DNA of 64,000 nt from Daphnia carinata (taxonomy: Eukaryota): positions 9,424,001-9,488,000 of the forward strand of contig NC_081331.1 of NCBI RefSeq assembly GCF_022539665.2, in the 5' to 3' direction. Below, in pieces: positions 11,741 to 25,641 of this stretch; position 1 is the first letter of the stretch; every line of letters begins with the position of its first letter. The notes below the pieces were generated by a model. The model was not told where the DNA came from. It saw nothing but the letters and a program-made list of their open reading frames with translations, and searched no databases. The position numbers and the translations under genes are program-made.

Positions 11741-14066
11741 CTAAGCCAATTCATCCACAGTTGGACAACAAACAGCCGAACAGACAGCCACTGCAGCCGC
11801 CGCAGCCGACGCGTACGACGAATCACCGGTTATGTGGATTGGCTGACGCTTCTTCTCTTCTTCCGCTTCCCGGCAGCGACAGTTGTCCAACGGGCCAGCC
11901 CGTTTATCAACCACCGTACTAGCCGCATTGGTCGATGATGGCCGACAGTTGGCAGCGGCGCTAATGTTGTGCACTTGGCTCAAGTGGACGAGCGAACTCA
12001 CCGCATCACCGAGCCAATCGTTACAGCCGCAATGAACCGCATAGTTGCGGCTCGGAAAAGCCAAACTGACATGGCCCAACGTTAGCATCGGCATTAGTGG
12101 CTTCCACTCGGCCAGCCACTCGTTCTGAGGCATTCGATTCGTCACGTGATGGTAATCGTGAGCGAAGGACGTCGTATTGACCAGCGATTCCGGCACTTGC
12201 AGTGAAGAGGCATCCTGGTAGGTGACGCTGCTACTCTCAGGCGACGGCTCGAAACAGCGCAAAATCCACGTCACCACCGAAAAAGTGACGGCGTTGACGG
12301 GGAATGAGCGAATCAGCGTCGTCGGCATGCCGCGAAAGAATCCGTGAAAGCCTTCGTTCTGATAAGTCTTCATGATGCAATCGCCAATGCCCTTGTAAAT
12401 ACGTTGCCCAACTAGACCGTCAACCTATTTTGCAACGTAATTAAAAAAATAATAATAATAATAAAGATAATTGCCGCGCACGAATCCGAGTTCATACCGA
12501 CGCAGAATTAAGGCCATAAAAAACAAACAAACATGGGGGATATCATAGTGAGTTAGCATTAAGAGTTTTATGAGCCATAGAGTCGTACTATCTCACCTGC
12601 AGACGAGACTTGAGAAAATCGATGGGATAAGTGAAGAGCCAAGAAACAATTCCGGCTGCCCCGCCTGCCATCATCATGTGAAAGGTGCCGAGGGGCTTGC
12701 TTGAATCTTTACGGCGAGTCATGGCCTCGTAGCTGGCAAAGTAGAGACCAAACGCAGGGATCTCTCGGGCGATGGTGATGTTTAATCCGCGGAAAATGCC
12801 TCGAATCCCTTCGCCGTGCCATATCTGACGGACGCAGTCCAGTGGCCCCCTGATTAATCGATGGGCGTGAGTGCGGTCACGTTTGACCTTTAACACCTTC
12901 TTAAGACTCATCCGTAATTTTTTAGCGTTATGTTTTTACTTGTACAGTTGGACACCGTTGGTGCAGACTTGTTCTTGGATTTGGATGCGGGTCTTGACCA
13001 GTTCCATCGGGCTGCAAACGAAGCTCTGAACTAGTCCGGCCACGGATCCGGCCAAAGCGTGGGAACGCAGCGATTCCGGTTCGCTGAGTCGACGCTGAAC
13101 GTTGCCGTAAACGCCAAAAATCATGGCGTTGATCACGGCGACGCTGGCCATCGGTGATGACATTCCTTTGAACAAGCCCCGCACCTAACCATATGGCACT
13201 CAATTAGCATTTTTGCAGGATAAAGTCAGACAAGAGTTATTTAACAATCAGATTGCTTTTGGCAGCATCCACGCGATAACAAATTCGGCTTTTTATATTG
13301 CAATATAGTTTCAGGCACGACTACCACACCAGCAAATTTTTTAACCGTTGTCAGGGACATGATTTGGAACGTTGCCAAAAACCATTTATTTCATAAAAAA
13401 AAAAAAAAAAAAAAAAACCACGCTCTTACCGATTCTTGCTGCACGATGGTCTGCAGGCAGTGAAATGTTCCACGATAGGTAGGATGCTTTGCATCTTGCG
13501 TCTGCAATCGGACCTGTGCCAATTAGAATCAAACACAAGAGACCTCAGGTTAAATCAAAAGTTTTTTCTCGGAAATATTGCAGAAAAGAATGGGAAAAAG
13601 TCACTGGTATACCTTGACAGTGTCCAGTGGGTACCCAACGGCAACTCCAGCACAACCTGAATAGCATTTTTCAAACAAGAAAGACGGTTACAAAATGATG
13701 TCGACTGAAACACCTTTCATTGTATCACGCACATCGAACACCAACGAAAAATGTATTAATACAAAATGAAAATTCTCAATGTTTTCTGAGGTATGTCAAA
13801 AACACATTTTCAGCAGTTGATTCTGTAATAAGTTTTTCATTTAGTTTCTTTTTTTTTCCACCGATTCCAGAACAAATTCCTTACGTTACATTGTACAGGT
13901 GATAGACTCTCGGTTGTAAAGGCAAAGGCAACTCAAGCGGCCCATAAAGCGGCAGAACGGCAATCGATTAGAAAAAGGAGGAAATCGATACGGCAACAAA
14001 TTGTTGGACGGGATGACACAATTAAAACATACCTCCAACGCAGCCAGCCAAAAAATCGAGCGCCAT
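11741..14066 (-). CDS. Mitochondrial carrier, SLC25A29/A45/A48 (basic amino acid) subfamily; 6 coding exons: 14066-14033, 13656-13613, 13513-13430, 13184-12940, 12849-12597, 12424-11741
   Basis: Spliced translation [72 protein letters not shown]. Three Px[DE]xx[KR] carrier signatures; canonical GT-AG junctions in phase. Confidence 0.92.
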
Positions 14067-16794
14067 GACGACAAGCAGAGGTTTGTCAGATTTGTTTTGG
14101 CGATTCTAGTCCGTCTTCGACTGCGAGATATTCGACTCGCACGGTTTATGACCTTGTGCAGTCTAGCCTGGGCCAGTTGAGGCAACGATAACCACCTCCT
14201 CTAGGAAAGGCTGAAGCGAAGGCACGGACGACTTTTACAGGAGGTTCCCTGCTGCAGCTGGGACGGAATGCCGGTCGTCAGTGTTGGGTCGCGATTCTCC
14301 ATCTCACCATTGTGTTTGACGCACCATATGAGCGCTAGAACCTGCTCACAATGCGAACACGTTCACGACAAAAATGAAAATGAACAAAAAAAGCAAGACA
14401 ACGTGTTTTACAACAAATATGTCGAATTCTTTATTGCGCCAATAGATACATGGCGTCGTAACTTGATCGACAGGAAATTCTAGGGCCTTGCCAACTATCA
14501 GCTGAGTAAGGGGATACGGATCAAATATTCGGTAAACTTTTTTTTTATTTTTCTTTCTTTTTTTCTTTTCTTTTCTTTTCTACATCACTAATCCTGACGA
14601 AACACATGATCCAGTTCGAACCGGTTTTGCTTCTAGGCTGGTTGCTTAAACCAGAAAAAGTGGCTACTGTTTCGTTGCAGAAAAAAAAGGAATTTCTTTG
14701 GCAATGGTTTCGCCAGCATCTGCCGTAAAAAAGGGAACACGTAACAAAACGAAAAAAAACCCTAAAATAACTAGAACTATCCATGCCATTGTTCTTTCTT
14801 TTAACTTCGTTTGTTCTTAATTTTTTTTTTTCATGCAACCGCCTTTGATTTCAGCCGGCCCAGAGGTGAACTCATTGCAAATTTGCCAGTAGTGGCAACT
14901 TGCCTTTGAAACCAAGTCAGCTGGCAACAGAACGTATTACTGCATCCCAAAGCGCTAATGTCATGTCGACTAATTAGCAAATCGAGATAATTTCGAAACA
15001 ATATTGGTACACTACCTGTGACGAAAGATCGGGAAAGAGAATCACAAAACGAGGAGTGAAACGATTCTTGATTTGACAACGGGGCCACAAAATGAAAATG
15101 GTTGAAACGATCAAGCCACACTGTCACACTGTTACTAGGGCAAAACCTTAACACTCTTGAGTTCAAATGGTTGGACCTTAAATGACAACAACGACGCGCG
15201 AAACTAGAGAACGAAAGAAATTGAACCAGCAAGCACGAGTGACGACAAGGCAAGAATGCGTGTTGGTGGCAGTGAGAGCTAGATAGCCTCGGTACGAGCT
15301 CAAATCAATGAAAAAACCCAAATAAAAAACCCGCCAGCAAAAATGAAAGAGAGATTACCTAAACCCCTGTGGCGAAATTTTATATGCGCAATTCATAGCA
15401 CGTAAAATATGCTTACCCGTCTTCCGACTGTTGGTCGAGAGGAGGGCGGGTGACGGACCAGTGCGGGCCGAACACTAAACTCTTTCAGCTTTCCCAGTAG
15501 CTCCGTCTAACCTGCTATCCCTCTTTCGTCTTTCTCTCGTCGTGACGTCTTGACTATGGAACCACCATGACTAAACTTTTCTGCAAGGCCTCGCAAACTT
15601 ACGCTCCCCTTACCGTACCCGTCCAATTGCGTGCTGTAGGGGAAGCCTAGCGCAACTACCGCCACTTCCGTCACTTGCCTCCAACCTCCCCCATCGATGT
15701 CGACATCGTACTAGGCCATGTAGAAAGGACGTGATGATAACAATGCTGTTTAAATCCCTATTGTATTTCATCTTTTCCCGACGCTAATCAAGGTTTTCAT
15801 GTGATATTGACACGCTGCACAGCAGCAGGGATTGCATTCCAACGATTACTAGATAACAAAGTTGTCTCTAGTACAAACCAGAGGGCCAGAGATGAATCGT
15901 AGCGCAAAATTACGTGTGTCATGGTTGGATCCCTCTAGGCCAAGGACTACAGCTATATCACAGGGATTTCCTGGCTTCTATTTTTCCCTCTTCCTTTTCC
16001 TGTATCCGAGATAAACCTGGTGTTTGCATATCAATCAGCATCCGAGGCCGTCTATCGAGCTGTTGTCAGACTTCGAATATCTTCGTCTTGCAGGCAAACC
16101 ATATGGGATATTGTTTCGGGATAATTTATGTTCGGTAAACTTTTCGAGATATATACTTATGTGTACACGTTTGAAGTCTTATCTTATTTCAGATATCTTC
16201 GTGCATTTTCTATCATTTGAGCTGGCGATCGTTCAAACAACCTTCGTTTTAGGCGTTGAAAAATACGAAGTTTGTAAATAAAAAGCTGTACGCGGTACGT
16301 CTACAGATGATTGCACCATTTATATGTTTAAATTATGGTTTTCATCCTCGTATAATACTCTGAAATAAACAACAGTACTTGCCGTCCTTTTTCAAGTGTT
16401 TCTCTGTAGAATTATTGCTGGGGCATGTTTTGAATCAATCCAAAACATCGTCTGCTTGTCGTGATCGCCGACCGTTTGATCAGATCAACAAACAAATCTA
16501 GGGAAGCGAGGTAACAAGCATAGTTGAATAGCTGTTTTTTAATTGTGACAGGAATTAGTTCATTTGTTCGCCTTACACTATATTGGAACCCTGTAAATAC
16601 TAGTGCTGCAAAAAAAAACCTATTAGCCTCATTTTTTTGGCCATAGTCCTAGATCTTCGTCTGCGTAGTTTGTAAGGTGCAGTCTTTTTCAAGGCTGTAC
16701 GGTATAGACAGCCTTGGCTAAACAAAAATAACACAGAATTTTTATTCCCTAGGTCTTTAGATGATTTTTTGCTGTGCTGGATGAAAAGCTCAGA

Positions 16795-18834
16795 ATGTCT
16801 AAAGTATTAGGGAAAATAGGGGAGAAAAAGGGAAAAAATCTTGGTGGTCAAAACTCAAGCAGGCTACCACCAGCATTATCTATTCCTCAAGTATTCATCA
16901 CAAGTGAAGATGATTCAACTCCACCACCGATTCATAAGGAAGGTTTTCCAATTAATATGATGCCACAAGGCCAAGGATATACTAAAGATGAAGATGCTGC
17001 TTCAACTGCCCCGTTACTGGACTCTGGAGCCACCACTCCACTGTGTGAGGAACCAACAGTTCCCTATGTTAATATGGGAACTTTTCTTGCAAGTATATCA
17101 TGTAATTTAAATGCAATATGTTGTCAACGATTTACCAAAACTTTTGGTTTTAGGTTCTCAAAAGCTAAAAAATGAAATTAGTTCTGAAGAAATCTGTCTT
17201 TCATCTTTTGATGCAGACAAAGACTTGGAAACATGTTCTAAGGAGTCGGAGTGTGACAATCAACTTAATCTTCCTGATTATCCATTTGTTAAGTGGCCAT
17301 GGAAGTACATCAGAATATTTTCAACCCTCGTCGCTGTTCTGGCGATTTTGGCCTGTTTTAGTTCCTCGGCAACATTAATTGCTCATTTGCCTCGACGATG
17401 TGATCCTTCCACTGAATGGTGGCAAGGAAAATTTTCTACGAAATTTTTCCTGCCTCATTTAACGATGCCGACGGTATGGTACACTCGCTACAATAGCTTT
17501 ATTATGTTCTTAATAAGTGCGCACTGTTGCGCTTCCAAAATAGGTGACGGTGTTGGAGATCTGCGTGGAATTACGATGAAACTAGATTATCTGCAAAAGC
17601 AATTACATGTTGATGCTTTGCGACTCAGTTCTATTTGCGAAGCTAACAACTATCCGGAACATTACTTGGATATTATCAACGCGTCAAAAGTTGACCCGCA
17701 TCTGGGCGATGTCAATGAGCTTCACGTCTTATTAACGGATCTGGAAAAAAGAAACATGAGTTTAATAATAGATATACCCGTCGACCGGATACCTGGAGTG
17801 ATTGGAAGCTCCAAAGTTGCTGACAGACAACACGTTCTGGTGGAAAATGTATTGAGATTTTGGCTTCTTCAAGGCGTCCATGGATTTTACCTAAAAGTAC
17901 TACTATTTTCGTGCATCAATATTATATGGCCCTCCTAGTTAAGATTAGTGCTTAAATTTTTGTTTTGTTTTCAAAACAGGGACTCGATACGTTCGTTCAC
18001 CAACCGGATCTGTGGAAGTGCGTAGCCCAATGGAAAACACTGGTGGACAACTTTAGCAGTAGGTTTTCAAAACGAAGAGTCTTGGTGGTTTCTTCCGATT
18101 TCATCCATCAGTATTCGCTGCAACATCCACTGCACGTTCGTAATGTGTTGAATCAGGTCGATCTGCTCGATCATAACTTGAATCTTGAGAGGCCAGCAAG
18201 ATTAGAAGAACAAATCCGGGAAGGACTAACTTGGGACAGCGACGTCGATAAACCTTGGATTATGTGGAACGTCGGTACGGTCGGAAAATCTAGAATAGCG
18301 ACTTCTCTCGAGGAAAGCAATGGCTGTGTTTTCCCCCTTGGAGTTTTAATGCTTGCCCTCTGTCTACCTGGTTCAGCTTCGGTATTGTACGGTGATGAAC
18401 TTGGCCTACAAAACACAGCCAACTCCTCCATATTAGAACTTGAAAGCACTTCAGTCATGCAATGGGACTCTCAATGTGTTGACAGTTCTCAAGAATCTTT
18501 TGGTAAACTTTCGGAGATTCGTAAAGACGCGCTTCCGTTACATATAAATGCAATACTCAAATATGACAATGCTGTCGTTGAATCTCGTTCGCACAACTAT
18601 GCTTTCAAAATGCTACCCAACAACACGGTGGTAATTGAACGTTTTTATCCCCGAAGGCATCGCTACTTGTTAATTTTGAATCTCGGTATAAGAAATGTAA
18701 CTCATGATCTTTCGAAAACCTATTTTGGCGGATTTGCGTTGGTCAGTTCAACAGGTCGGAAGCATGGTTATGTAAAACTAAACGAACTAAATCTGTCACC
18801 TGGCGAAGGCCTTTTGTTGTTGTTAGACAAGTGA
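16795..18834 (+). CDS. SLC3 (rBAT/4F2hc)-like heavy chain: one TM plus GH13 alpha-amylase-like ectodomain; introns 17093-17153, 17474-17543, 17897-17979; apparent 1-nt frameshift at 17428-17431
   Basis: WPWKYIR + TM helix + PRRCDPSTEWWQG, then (after adding 1 nt) [59 protein letters not shown] and C-terminal LSPGEGLLL. Confidence 0.85.
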
Positions 18835-19309
18835 GTTAACAACTATTGCTGGTGCTGATTTGTTTCTATTGCATTATGCGAACTGCGATTTAACAAGTCT
18901 ATAACGGATATTTTACTAGTGCTCTCGTTCATCTACTTTATTCTAGTCAAACAATCTAGTCGAGTTTTACGTCTTGTTTTTTAGCTATATTTAATGTGAT
19001 GTAACTAATTTAGTGGTTAAATAATATACAGGATGTCTGATTGATTTATAGTCAGTGTTTGTTTATTTTGGTGAATATCCTGTTGAAAATCCTCTTCAGC
19101 AGGGAGGTTAGGTTATTTCAAGTCGTCGTGTGGATTCAAAACATCAATGGTACGAAAGTTCCTTGTTAGATTGGAAGTAGTTTGTCTCATGAACTATTTT
19201 TAAAATCATGCTTTATAAAGCTAACATAATGGGAAATATCTTCGTTGAAACTGAAAATTCGGCACCAATTATTCGCATCTGGTGTCCTTATAAGACTACA
19301 AAATATTAA

Positions 19310-22117
19310 GCCCAGCAGACGGTTCAACACACCAAACACTTTGCGCATCCAGCCAATTGGGCAGGTTTCGTCCTTGTAGGAGCGGACGTGAGGCTGTCTA
19401 AAGACGGCCAATAACATCCCGGCGTCCATCTTTTTCCTGCAAAGCGATCCGGGTGATCGTCTGACTCACTGTTCGGCCAGTCTCCAGGCTCTGCTGGGAT
19501 TGACTACCCTCTCTTTGCTGGCCATTCCTGGCCATAAACTGCTGGCCAGTTCTGAAGCCTCAACTGACGATATAACGGCCGCATTGCGCAACGCGACTGT
19601 CCAGCTTGGCCTACGCGATTTGGAGAGCGAGAGCGCGATATCCCCGTTCCAGTTAAATTATGGCGTCTGCCCGGCTGCCACGAATTGTTGGCCTCGCTCG
19701 GCTTCGACCTGATGGAAATCGGACGTAACGAAGTGACGCTCAGGACGGGAAAACTGGCCAATAAGCGCAACATCCAATTCGCCCTTCAAGCCCTTTTGGT
19801 TCTGTTCGGTAGGTCCGGTTCCTGGAACCCTTTTCCATGTTCTCCAGTTTTCTTGTATCTCTTTATTCATTTGGCCTTTTCGGTTAGAAATTTTAGACAC
19901 TCCTACGAGCCTATCACTGGACTCGTCCAGCTCTGTAGAGAGCCTCACATCCTACGAGGAAGAAGAAGAGCAGGAACAAGACGGAACGTCCAACAACCAA
20001 CCCAACGTTGTATCTAATCGAGCCGCACGTTCCGCACATCTGTTGGCAACAACAGCAGAACATCTGGAGGAACCAATGGAACTGGAAGAGTAGGAACATC
20101 AACCATCAAACTTATTCCAGTTTGGTGTCCCGTCGGATGCCATTGTCAGCCAGCGTCAAGTCGGCTTTCAGCAGTTACGTTCGCAGCGGCTGCCGGGGCG
20201 AACCCGATGGCCGTACGGCCGTCGGAGGCGATTCCCGCGGCCGAGAAAGTGACGCCGCCTTTACTCCCAGTCCCGTTGATCCTGTACATCGCACAAGTAA
20301 ATTTATTTAGCATTTTAAAAATGCAATTGTTAGTTGCCAAATTTCATTCTTTTCGGTATTAAAGACTTGGGTCATAGAGGAGGACAGAATGGTGGCATCG
20401 CTGGACTGCTGGCTGGTATGTCCAGCAGTGCCGGAAGCGATCGAGGAGTTCCAGTACCGAGTCTACGTATGTCGCTGACGTTGGCCCATCAATCTAAAAT
20501 TCGTTACATGTACTGCTCGCGTCAAAGTTTGGCGCCTCAGGGGAACAGCTCGCCGGCCAGCGAGATGGGCACGCCCATGCAAAGCAGTGGCAGCAACAAC
20601 CCTTCGCGTCCCGATTCGTCTTCCACCACTACCAGTTCGGCTGACTGGGAAAGCGGATTGTCCACCGTCCGTCGCCAGCCGCCCATTTCCACCTCGCTGG
20701 GCAAAGGCCAAACGTCCAATGCTCGCAAACTGGAGGATATAAACGCATTCAACGAATCCCGTTTGAGGTTAGATGCTAAACAACACAATGACCTGCAGAA
20801 CAACACAATGGCCGACGCTCGTTCACTGTCCCGTTTCCAGCCACCAGGTGGCTTCGCCGCTGGACTTAAAAGACAGATGGCTCGTCATCAAACCGTGGCC
20901 GATGATAAAGAAAACAGCAACAATGGCAAAACAGGATCGGCTCCTTCTGGCTCATTGGACACGCTCGATCGCATAAGCGTCCGAAGCGAGCTGGCCAAGG
21001 CTCCGTCGGCTTTCCCAGTTGCTGGGCCAGCTATGCAACAACGTCGTCGCCATCGATTCGTAGAGCGTCAACTGGACGATGACACGGACTCGGTGATTTG
21101 CGAGACCAATGCCACGCCCGATCGTGAAGCTATTCACGATCGGTTCACGACTGTAAGCGAACGTTTCTCGGCCGCCGTGTTCCATGCCTCGAAACCGGAC
21201 AAGCTAGTAATTGCCAAAGCGGCAACCGCGGCTACGAGGACGCTCCATAAAGGAGGCACAACTCAGCCGTCTATGACCAACCAATGGCCGGTAGACAACT
21301 GTTCATCGGATCACGAAATGGAAGCGTCCAGCGTCATCTATTCATTACGTCCAGGAGAGTCGGAATTGTCCAGCGGAATCCATTTGTCGCACAATGCCGG
21401 TTCGCGTAGCATCCAAGATCACATCATCGCAAGGCAGATGAATCGACTCAACCGTGAAATGACCATTTCTCATGTGCATCACGAACGAAACTTGGCCTTG
21501 GCCTCGCTCCTCCCCTTTCCCAGCTGCTAGTTAACACGTATGACCCTAACGGCAACTTGGTGACAACAGCGGCAACAGGATCCAGCAGCGTCACGTCGTT
21601 CGAGGATGTTTTCAATTCATTCGATAAAATCTCATTGGCTGACACGGTGGCGGAACTCGTGGATAAAACAGAACCATCCGCTTTGAATAAGAACCTTGGC
21701 TACGCCAAACGACCACCTCCCCGCCCTACCAAATTGCAACTATTCGGCTCATTGTGGGGCGCGTCGAGTGGAACGTTCCATGCCACTGGATCACGGCTAC
21801 AACATCGAATTAGCGTGTTTGACACGTCTTCCCCCGAAGCGGAGATGTCAACTTCTTCCGCCACGATGACCCTGCGTCATGGAATTTTAGATATGACGAG
21901 ACGAGACGAAGCCGACGGCCGTTCCATGACCGATTCCAACTACAGTGGCTATTCCCCTCATCGTAACTTGAAATTGTCGACTGTCATGCCTCATCAGCAG
22001 CACTCGAATGTCGGTCGAGCCGCAGACTCGTCCGCCATTAGTAAGGACAACAAGAGTAACACGATTCACGCTGTTGCCATCATCGAACCTGACTCAAGAG
22101 CCAACGACATCGCTTGA
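19310..22117 (+). pseudogene. TTC28: 5'-truncated, decayed TTC28-like gene fragment (end of CHAT domain plus C-terminal region)
   Basis: AQQTVQHTKHFAHPANWAGFVLVGADVRLS (end of CHAT), NIPASIFFLQSDPGDRLTHCSASLQALLGL, WRLPGCHELLASLGFDLMEIG..LRTGKLANKRNIQFALQALLVLF and SLDSSSSVESL match remembered TTC28 motifs. No TPRs. Internal deletion near 19400, frameshift near 19640, stops near 20090 and 21528; introns retained (e.g. ~19809-19896). Confidence 0.8.
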
Positions 22118-24556
22118 ATGCGATGTTCGTTGGTTTCCGTAATCAATCAGATTTAATTTAGAATCAAAGCTGGTGCCTTATTTTGCCAAATAGATCCATT
22201 CCTTGTCGATTTTTTTTTTATTGTTAACGTCCAATAAGACAGGTTTCCGTACGATTTAAATTGTATAGGTCCACCATTAACTCATTTATTTGCTACGCAA
22301 TTCGTTGGGCGCGGTTCAATATCGAAATTGCTCTGGAAATCGTAAATTTCTCGGAAGACGCTAATTTAATTCAAGTATTCTATTCACGACGGGAAATATC
22401 ATGTGGAATATTGAGGTGTTGTTTGCAAGTAAAATCTCTTTTCTATCATTTCCTTTTAATACGTTGTTCAGCAAGTGCTATTCGTATTACCATACCCCAC
22501 GATTTGTGAATATTCTCGACATTTACATACAACGTGTTTGTATGTGTTTTTTTTAACGTAGAGAACGAATGCTTGCTACAATAGAAAATTGTTTATTTAA
22601 TCAATTCCTTGTTTAATGAGTTTCACTTTATTTAATGAGTTTCTGTTGGCCGGTAACTGTTTAACAGGTTCTTTACTTGTTTCAGAGTAATCACCAGGCA
22701 TTACGGAGGCAGAGGAACAGCAACTGATGTTGATTGATTAATCGTGGGAGTCGATTTTGTTAACGATTCGAACTGTTGCCGGAATCCCTTCATTGAACGG
22801 TAAGTAGCTCAATAGTGAAAACAGTGGCGTAGTATCCTGAACGTCCGAAAAAAACATCAGTTTTATCAGGAGCTAGTAGTGCATTCAACAACACGCTTAA
22901 GGCTTCGAACCATTGCACTTTCAAGCGGTGCGTATCCCAACAAAACTAAGTTCAGCCAATACATTTCAGATAGTCAATTACCAAGACAAAATGAAAGAAA
23001 CATTTGAACAGTTTTTTCAAAAGATTTTGTTGACAATGTTCCACTTAATACAACGATTTGCGTCTATCATGGCCAAAGGAGAGTTGGTTGTCCTTTACAC
23101 GAAAGGATAACATTACCTGATGCAAGGCGAAATTACTGCAAATGTAACGGCTATTTTTTTTTCTCGCCGCATCTCGCCTAGCTATGCTGCCAGATAGCGC
23201 CGACCTATTAAGCCCGATTTTTCGTACAAAAATGTGTGGCTTAACATTTTGACTTGAAATTTATTTTATCCTAAGCTATTATAATCAATATTAAAAACGG
23301 AGTCTAAATAATATATTAGTTTTCCTACAATTAAGCGGTTTTTGAATGGATTGGAATCAAATGGTTTTATCAAAACCACTTTCAATTTAAATAACTCATA
23401 AACTATTAATCCCAATTCAAAGTGAACTTTATTTCCGACATCCTCATTAATTTTTGAATCCAAATCGTATATATTTTTTTCTTTTTAATACGCGCACACG
23501 CCATCTTTACTGGGCATTGTAATACATCAAGTATGTCTATCCAAGGACACGAAGAAAATATTTAAAAAATAAGGGTCCTTTCATTTTTCTTTTCTCCTTT
23601 TTAAGGTAAAGTGAGAAGCATTCGAAGCAAAAACGCGTCGAGGATTCCAAAAGAAAAAAAAATGTAAATTTTCGAGATGCCAAAATCATGGTCGCCGGCT
23701 AAAGGCAATTTTTATCAAAATGCGGACTTGTTTCGATCTTCTAACAGTTCAAACAGAGAAAAACTTGACAGGAATAAAACATGAAAATCACAAAATGATG
23801 ATGAGGAAGCTGAAGAACAGGAAGAAAAGAAAAACAAACAAACAAAAAAAAACGTCTAAGGTATAGCTATCTATATGAAGAAGAGATTTGCAACCGATCG
23901 TCTGATTACGCGCGTTGCTTTGGAATGCAACGGGCGCGCTGGGGCTCGACCCACAGGTGTTTTCCTTTCTCCTTCCTTTTTCTTTTACCTCTTCTTGTAT
24001 TCGTTTTCGTTTCGGTGGTTGGTGTGCGTGTGTATGTCGGGGGGGGGGGGGAGCTCAATTCATATTCCGGACATCGATTTTTTTTTAAATTTTTTTTCTT
24101 TTTTTTTTCTTTTTTGTTTTAAAACACAACCACCCAAATAATCATAATCGTAACCATAAAGGCATCCTCTTTCCACTCCTTATATTATTGTTATACATTT
24201 TTTTTCCAGTCGAAAATAACGCAAAGGACGCATAAAAAAATACATGCTGTAAAAAAAAGTGGGAAACAAACGAAAAAAAAAAAATGCGAGAAAACAAATC
24301 TGCCCGGCTTCTGGCGCAATCGGAGCAAATAGTTGAACTTCTTTTTTGTTGTTGTTGTTTGGTTTTCTTTTAAAAACAGTTACGATTGTTTATACACAAC
24401 ATCGTTTTTGTTGTTTTCCTATAAACATTTCTGCCGAGATATTAAAAAAAAGGCCTTACCTCGGAAGAATCATGCACCGACATGACAACAGGTAGATAGT
24501 CTGCAAATGATGTCAGCTTCATGGTGTCAGGCCTATAGTGCAAGCTGGGCGTTATT

Positions 24557-25260
24557 TGTTAATTACCAGAGGGATCGTGTAACGATCCCGAAAGGTAATT
24601 GTAATTGTGCTAGAAATAAATGAAGAGACGACCCTAAGGGTGTAGACCCATTTATTTAGCTCTTTAAAGACAAAAAAACAAAGGAACATCTATTCCTTTC
24701 CTAATGCCTGGATACGCCCCCTCTCTTCAGACTTATTTCACCAGGGCTTGTAACAACTTTAACAACATAAACAACCAAACAAAACAATGATTATGAAATC
24801 AGTGATGGACCAGAGAAAAAACCTGACGTAATTCTGACAGGGGGAAAAAACTCTGTCCGTAACGGTCATGAAAAAAGGTAACAACAGTAGTGTCATTCTA
24901 AGATCCACTCGTTAAGAAAAGACACAACAAAAAATTGCAGTTCTTCTATAGCTGCCATCTCGCCAGGGGTTTTCTTAGCCATGAAGCTGATTTGCTGGAC
25001 GTTCGTTGGACTGATTCCAGTTATGACCACTGCCTCCGCTGAAACCTCTGGGCTTTCTGGCTTGGTTTACTCTATCAAAAACCAAAATATAATGAAAATA
25101 CAAAAGGCTGACGGATATCAAACCACATAATAATTCTCCATAAATGAAGCCAGGGTGGGTCTGGGTAGGAGACAGACCCTTAGGGTCGTCTCTTCATTTA
25201 TTTTTAGCACAATTACAATTACCTTTCGGGATCGTTACACGATCCCTCTGGTAATTAACA
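24557..25260. mobile_element. Non-autonomous MITE-like element, ~90-bp near-perfect TIRs, possible 3-bp TSD ATT
   Basis: TGTTAATTACCAGAGGGATCGTGTAACGATCCCGAAAGG...GACCCTAAGGGT at 24557-~24641 is the reverse complement of ~25176-25260. ATT flanks both ends (24554-24556, 25261-25263). No coding capacity seen. Confidence 0.8.
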
Positions 25261-25376
25261 ATTGTGCTGCGAAATGCCATTTCGTTAGACCCTAAGGGTG
25301 ACTTTGTAGATTTGTTTAAATGTGAGTTTGCTTCTTATATAAACGGTCCGTGAAAATATAGTTCTCGTTTATCTAA

Positions 25377-25547
25377 TGTAATGTCCTGTGTTATATCAAT
25401 CCAGCAACTAGTCGGATGCCAATGATTCAATTTAGATTAGGCGGATAGGTTGTGACCATGCTCCTTGGCTGGCTATCACGTACTGTATTCGTCTCTAGTC
25501 CCCCCACATAGCAACAGCGCTATCTGGTGGCTGTATCAAACATTACA
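25377..25547 (-). repeat. 3' LTR
   Basis: Direct repeat of 30013-30183; one substitution seen (CAGCGCTATC vs CAGCGTTATC). Confidence 0.96.
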
Positions 25548-25641
25548 TCACATCCAACCTTTAACAAATGAAAACACAAAGAAAAAGGACACATACTCTG
25601 TATCACATGGATGGATGACCAAAATTTCTAGGTTGACTGCG

